DNA of 64,000 nucleotides from Histomonas meleagridis 2922-C6/04-290x (Eukaryota; Protista; Parabasalia): NCBI GenBank assembly GCA_020184695.1, contig JAANOX010000059.1, positions 1 to 64,000 of the forward strand, read 5' to 3'. Shown piece by piece: positions 58,876 to 64,000 of this stretch (position 1 is its first letter; each line of letters starts with the position of its first letter). The notes under the pieces were generated by a model. It saw only the letters and a program-made list of their open reading frames with translations, ran no database searches and was not told where the DNA came from. The position numbers and the translations under genes were made by a program.

Positions 58876-60027
58876 ATGGGGATCCCAACGAGCAAGGTCA
58901 ACTTCAAACAAATCCCTGATTGGTTCCCAAAAGATCAGTTTTCTCATTTTATTAAACAAACAAGAGAAAAGAAAATTTCGGTTACAGATGAATATGATAT
59001 CCTTCAAAGTTTAAAATGTCGCATTAACTCAATGCCTTTTATAGATAATTGTAAAATATTAAGGAAAAGAAATTTCTTCTTTTCTCCTTTTACATCTATT
59101 CATACACAAATTAATGAGAAAGATGGATTTCTCCCTCTAAAATTATCTCCAACATTCAAAAAATTCGGATTTCAAATTTCATTTGGTCACACAAGAAATG
59201 AACATGATCTTGATATTCAGATAAGATCATATTTTTCACGAGATTTTGATATAATAGCAAAGTACAAAAAACCTTTAATCAAATACCCAAATTTTTCAAA
59301 CAAAAATATTTTTCCTTTTGTAACACTGAAAACTTCTCATTTAAGGTCTTCCTTGCCTAATGGAATACACCTCATTACAAATATTTTTCAATTTTCATGC
59401 TTATCATCAGATTCAAACAAAAAGGGAGCAATTGGTATAAAAACAGTCACACCACAAGAAAACAGAAAGTCTTACTTTTATATAAAGCCATATCTCAATA
59501 CTATTATTAAATATAATTCTCATATCAATAAATATATTTATTTTGCTCAAAAAGCATTTTTCCAATTTGGCCTAATTCAGCAAAGAGCAAATACAATTCC
59601 AATGACTGTTTCAAAATCGCAAATAAAGATTAGATTATTTGATATGACTAATTTTAATTTTGATGTTGGGCTGATTCTTTCACCTCAAAAAGTTCCACGA
59701 AATGAACAATTTACAGTTATTAAGTCATGTCATAAGGCTCCCATAACTCTTCCCAATTGGTTATGCAAATCTGATAATCTTACCAATTGCATGTCATTTT
59801 GGAAAATAAGTTTGGAGCAAGAGGTGGAGCTCAAAAAGGTTTCGTTTGCAAAGCTTCATGGGTTTGTTGGACTCTCAAACAAAGATTCAAATATAACGAT
59901 AGGCATTGGCGGTTTTTCTCAAATTTATGGCAAAACCGTTGAGGCGAACGTTTTGTTCCCTCTTTCCAAATCTAAATTCTCACTTCAGTTTCAACTTGCA
60001 GTTGATCATTTGTCTGGAAACGAATGA
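58876..60027 (+). CDS. Possible Sam50/Omp85-like beta-barrel protein
   Basis: Beta-strand-rich 383 aa. The C-terminus ITIGIGGF...VEANVLFPL...LQFQLAV resembles the Omp85/Sam50 terminal strands; recognition by eye only. Confidence 0.5.
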   Translation: MGIPTSKVNFKQIPDWFPKDQFSHFIKQTREKKISVTDEYDILQSLKCRINSMPFIDNCKILRKRNFFFSPFTSIHTQINEKDGFLPLKLSPTFKKFGFQISFGHTRNEHDLDIQIRSYFSRDFDIIAKYKKPLIKYPNFSNKNIFPFVTLKTSHLRSSLPNGIHLITNIFQFSCLSSDSNKKGAIGIKTVTPQENRKSYFYIKPYLNTIIKYNSHINKYIYFAQKAFFQFGLIQQRANTIPMTVSKSQIKIRLFDMTNFNFDVGLILSPQKVPRNEQFTVIKSCHKAPITLPNWLCKSDNLTNCMSFWKISLEQEVELKKVSFAKLHGFVGLSNKDSNITIGIGGFSQIYGKTVEANVLFPLSKSKFSLQFQLAVDHLSGNE

Positions 60028-60387
60028 AGAACGTGACGAGCTCCTTTATTGAATTTTGTTCTTCTCGGTCTATAAATGTATCAAGAAATAAATTTAATAA
60101 AAATCATCTTAGAATACCTTTTAATCAACGTATAAATGAAACAGTTATAATATATTATACAAGCCAGTTGACACAAAATCTTTTTTTATACATGTATCGG
60201 TGATCTAATTCAATGTTCACATGACTTTTTTAATAAGATTTCTTCATAGAAGTAAATTAGAAATTAAATTAGAAAAAATCTTTGATAGTCATTAGGAGAA
60301 TTCTAATTTGTTGTGCTAAACAAAAATTTGTATATTTTATATAAAAAGTATCGTTAGCTTCAACTGTGAGTTCATTTTTTTGCTTGG

Positions 60388-63052
60388 ATGGAATTTGTGA
60401 AAAAATTGGAACAAATTTTCATTGGAGTTAATGCTGAAAATATTGAATCATCTTCACAAGCAGTTATGAACATGTTTGATTCTGATTATCCATTCTCATT
60501 TAATTTTCTTATATCAAGATTATTATATTCAATGTTTATATCGAAAACATCTAATAAAAACGTATGTATACAATATTTATTATCATTAAAAAAGCAAAAT
60601 GACAAATTAGTTGATATATTTAGTAAATATTTGCTCCAATTAGAAACAGCAGAATCATATTTTCTTCTTCAAAACATGATTGAAAAAGGTTTAATTGATT
60701 CAGCTCTTGTCGACAATTTAAATACTTTATATTTTTCTCAATTTAAGACTGAAGAAGAAATCAAAAGGATAAAGAATTCACATGATAAACCACATTTTTA
60801 CGATGAATTCTTTTCAGCTTTTGATGAACTATCAAAGAATGATTGGGAACTTCATAAGAAATATGTTGAAGAAGGCGATAATCCAAATGAAATCTCAAAA
60901 ATAATTCGAAATGATGAAATAGAAAAACTTCAAAAATTATCATCACAAACAGAATTTAATTTTAATCAAACAATCAAACCATCACTTTATGAAAGATATT
61001 CATTTGTTAATAAGAAAAATGTTGTTACATTAATTGATTATGCAGCATTTTTTGGATCAGTTAAATGTTTTAAATATTTACTTATGAATGGAGCAAAAGT
61101 CGGAAATACTGGTAAATATGCAATTGCAGGGGGAAATATAGAGATAATTCATTTATGTGAACAAAACAATATATCATTTGAAGGTGCATATGAAACTGCA
61201 ATTAAATTCCATAAAAATGATGTGTTTAAATATGTTTATGACAATAAATTAGAAAAAAATCCATTACAAAAATCACAAAAAAGAACACGAAGAAAAGATC
61301 CACTTAATATTAATGATGATTTTGGGATCTTATGTATTGATTTTGGTAATTATGAAATCCTTTCGTTTTTGATCGAAGAAGGATTACGAATTAATGATTC
61401 TATTATTAATGAATCAGCAAGAACTGGAAACTTATATCTTGTTAAACATTTTCTCCAAAACAATAAAATTACCAGTGATATTTTGGTAAAATCAGTAGAA
61501 TCAGGAAATGTTGAACTTATTATATATATTATGAATCATTATAAAATTGGTATTAATGCTAAAGATGTTCATTTGTTTTCGTCGATGTTTACTTTGGTAA
61601 TTTGATATTATAATATAATATTTGGAATTTTTTGGAATTATTTAAAACAGCACTTATTTGTGCATCCGAATGTGGTTATACAAAAATAGTTAAATTACTT
61701 CTAGAACAAAAAGGAATTAATATTAATATTAAAGATATTTATGTGTTTTATTTGGTGTTTATTGTAATGATTTAATGTTTCAAAATAATATTTAGAAATT
61801 GTTCAAATTATTTTGTACAGCACTTATGTATGCATCCGAATATGGTTATATAAAAATAGTTAAATTACTTCTCGAGCAAAAAGGAATTGATATTAACCCT
61901 AAAAATGTTTGTTCGTTTTGTTTAAAATTTATTATAATGAATTAATATTTCGATATAATATTTGGAAATTCTTTAAATAATTTGATTCAGTACTTACACT
62001 TGCATCTATAAACGGGAACATAGAAATAGTTAAATTACTTCTAGAACAAAAAGGAATTGATATTAATGTAAAAGATATTTGTTTATTTTGTTGAAAGTTA
62101 GTTTTGATCTTTTGATATTTCAAAACAAAATTTGGAAATTATATAAAAAATATTTGACTCCAATTATATGTGCATCTTTAAATGGTTATATAGAAATAAT
62201 TAAATTACTTCTTGAACAAAAAGGTATTGATATTAATGCAAAAGATATTTATTCATTTTATTTAGAACTTATTTTAATAATTTTATATTTCAAAATAATA
62301 TTTGGAAATTATTATAAATATTTAACACAGCACTTATTTTAGCATCTGAAAAAAGTCATGTAGAAATAGTTAAATTACTTCTTGAACACGAAGGAATTGA
62401 TGTTAATGTTAAAGGTATTTTTTAATTTTATTTAAAATTTATTTTAATAATTTTGGATTTCAAAATAATATTTGAAAATTATTATAAATATTTCGAACTG
62501 CACTTATTTGGGCATCTGAAAATGGTAATATAGAAATAGTTAAATTACTTCTTAAACAAAAAGGAATTGCTATTAATGCTATAGATATTTATTTTAATAA
62601 TTTTATATTTCAAAATAATATTTGGAAATTATTTAAATTATTTAGAACAGCACTTCTGATTGCGTCCGAAAAAGGTTATACAGAAATAGTTAAATTACTT
62701 CTTGAACAAGAAGGAATCAATGTTAATTTTAAAGATATTTAATCGTTTTATTTAGAATTTATTTTAATAATTTAAAATTTGAAAATAATATTTAGAAATT
62801 ATATAAAAAATTTAGAACAGCACTTATTTATGCATCAAAATGTGGTCATACAGAAATCGTTAAGTTACTTCTTGAACAAAAAGGAATTGACATTAATGCG
62901 TCAGATATATATTTGTTTTATTTAGAACTTATTTTAATAATTTAAAATTTGAAAAGAATATTCGGAAATTATTTAATTTGTTTAAAACAGCACATTTTTA
63001 TGCATCTAGAAGAGGTTACAAAGAAATAGTTAAACTAATTAATAATATGTAG
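60388..63052 (+). CDS. DUF3447/ankyrin-repeat gene with interrupted ankyrin array 3
   Basis: ATG ORF 60388-61605 with family motifs, then nine ankyrin segments ending in TAG at 63050-63052. Continuous coding requires removal of the spacers. Confidence 0.65.
61540..63052 (+). repeat. 170-nt period ankyrin array 3 (nine units)
   Basis: Thr/Ser codons at 61647, 61817, 61987, 62157, 62327, 62497, 62647, 62817 and 62987; intervals are 170 nt except one of 150 nt. Confidence 0.95.
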
Positions 63053-63349
63053 TTTTTGATAAATCATAAAATTACCCAGGATTTGTTGGGGAAACGGTTA
63101 TAATATTGGTTTTCTGAATAGTATTTCATTCAAATAAAATTATCTATATCAAATATTATTAACCCAAAACTTTTTTATACATTAATAATATTTTGCTTCG
63201 GTTATCTAACAATGATAACCCAACTTTATCGTCGGACTTTTTGAATTCATTTTAAACGGTTTCAATGACACTTTTTATAAACAATTTTGGAAATTAACAA
63301 CTTTACATTACAAATTAAAAATGCCAAATAAACGTATGTTAACATCCAG

Positions 63350-64000
63350 ATGAAAAAGTACGAAACAATTAAAGTACTTGGAAGAGGAACTTTCGGCGAG
63401 GCTATCCTTGCAGAGCGTAAATCATCAAAGGAAAAGTTTGTTATCAAAAAAATGTATATGCCAATGAAACCAATCGAAAATATCAAAGAAGCAGAAATTC
63501 TAAAAAGTATGAATCATCCAAATATTGTTAAATATGTTGATGGCTTCTGGGAAAAAGAATATCTTTATATTGTTATGGAATATGCAGACGGAGGTGATTT
63601 ATCTCAAAAAATTCGATGTTTTAAAAACAATAGAAAAGAATTCTCAGAAGATGAAATTCTTCATGACTTCATCCAACTTGCATTTGCTATTAAGTACATA
63701 CATGACCGGAAAATCCTTCATCGTGACCTTAAACCACAAAACGTATTTCTTATGAAGGATGGAACAATTAAGTTAGGAGACTTTGGGATTGCTCGACCAC
63801 TTGAAAATACTTATGAATTATGTGCGACAAAATGTGGAACTCCTGGATATTCATCACCAGAAGTATTCTCAGGCGAGCCATATGGTTCTAAAGCCGACAT
63901 ATGGTCATTGGGATGTATTCTTTATGAACTTTGTTGTCTCAAGCCTCCATTTTCTGGTAAAACTTTCGAAGCAATCAATGCGTCAGTGTCGAAAGGCGAT
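63350..64000 (+). CDS. NEK/NIMA-family protein kinase, 3' partial (not in the ORF track)
   Basis: Manual translation: MKKYETIKVLGRGTFG, VIKK, MEYADGGDL, HRDLKPQNVFL, LGDFGIAR, GTPGYSSPE, DIWSLGC; open to the window end. Confidence 0.93.
   Translation, partial: MKKYETIKVLGRGTFGEAILAERKSSKEKFVIKKMYMPMKPIENIKEAEILKSMNHPNIVKYVDGFWEKEYLYIVMEYADGGDLSQKIRCFKNNRKEFSEDEILHDFIQLAFAIKYIHDRKILHRDLKPQNVFLMKDGTIKLGDFGIARPLENTYELCATKCGTPGYSSPEVFSGEPYGSKADIWSLGCILYELCCLKPPFSGKTFEAINASVSKGD

Noticed and set aside
61636-61650. Programmed -1 frameshift at T TTA AAA just before ACA GCA in ankyrin spacers
   Set aside because: The heptamer is in the right phase in some copies but is not conserved (AGA, CGA, TGT, GAT variants), and many spacers have in-frame stops upstream of it.
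62245-62297. Excision of 53 nt between ATATTT direct repeats in the spacer
   Set aside because: It restores the frame in the consensus, but many copies then read TAA/TAG/TGA in the remaining segment.
62245-62330. Canonical or AT-AG intron from AAAG|AT to ACAG| in ankyrin spacers
   Set aside because: GT is present at that position in only a couple of copies, there is no CTAAC branch motif, and the join would delete the D-x-x-G-x-T hairpin essential to ankyrin repeats.
61540-63052. CRISPR-like reading of the repeat/spacer arrays
   Set aside because: Both parts of the 170-nt unit are homologous between copies, the 90-nt part encodes ankyrin, there are no unique spacers or cas genes, and the context is eukaryotic.
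63334-63349. 16-nt GTATGTTAACATCCAG intron-like sequence upstream of the NEK gene
   Set aside because: Removal joins the upstream ATG out of frame with the kinase, and it lacks the 23-nt geometry.

Overview
AT-rich, gene-dense eukaryotic DNA that looks like a parabasalid (trichomonad, probably Tritrichomonas-like). The organism call is an inference from the trichomonad-type GTATGT...ACTAACACATAG intron, very short GT-AG introns, TCAYT Inr motifs, DUF3447/ankyrin and BspA families, a mariner and Maverick-like genes. About 25 ordinary genes are present (PI4K, ubiquilin, CK1, NEK, Hsp70s, RPS20, Lunapark, TBCCD1-like, M28 peptidase, pyroglutamyl peptidase and others). There are also two virus-like (Maverick/Polinton-type) relics, a defective mariner embedded in a 1.27-kb (TACATA)n tract, and a 707-bp duplication. 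Four observations stand out. (1) Ankyrin arrays with a strict 170-nt period: each 90-nt ankyrin-coding segment is separated by a conserved 80-nt frame-breaking spacer with no GT-AG ends. The spacer hides an in-register I-F-G segment, and all three shortened spacers restore the reading frame, which points to an unrecognised removal or splicing mechanism. (2) A secreted-looking polyprotein of cationic amphipathic peptides separated by acidic spacers and bounded by Asn, resembling an antimicrobial-peptide precursor. (3) Three introns of exactly 23 nt. (4) Long GC-rich hairpins with GAGC repeats next to a fibre-like virus gene. All family assignments come from motif recognition by eye; no database search was run.
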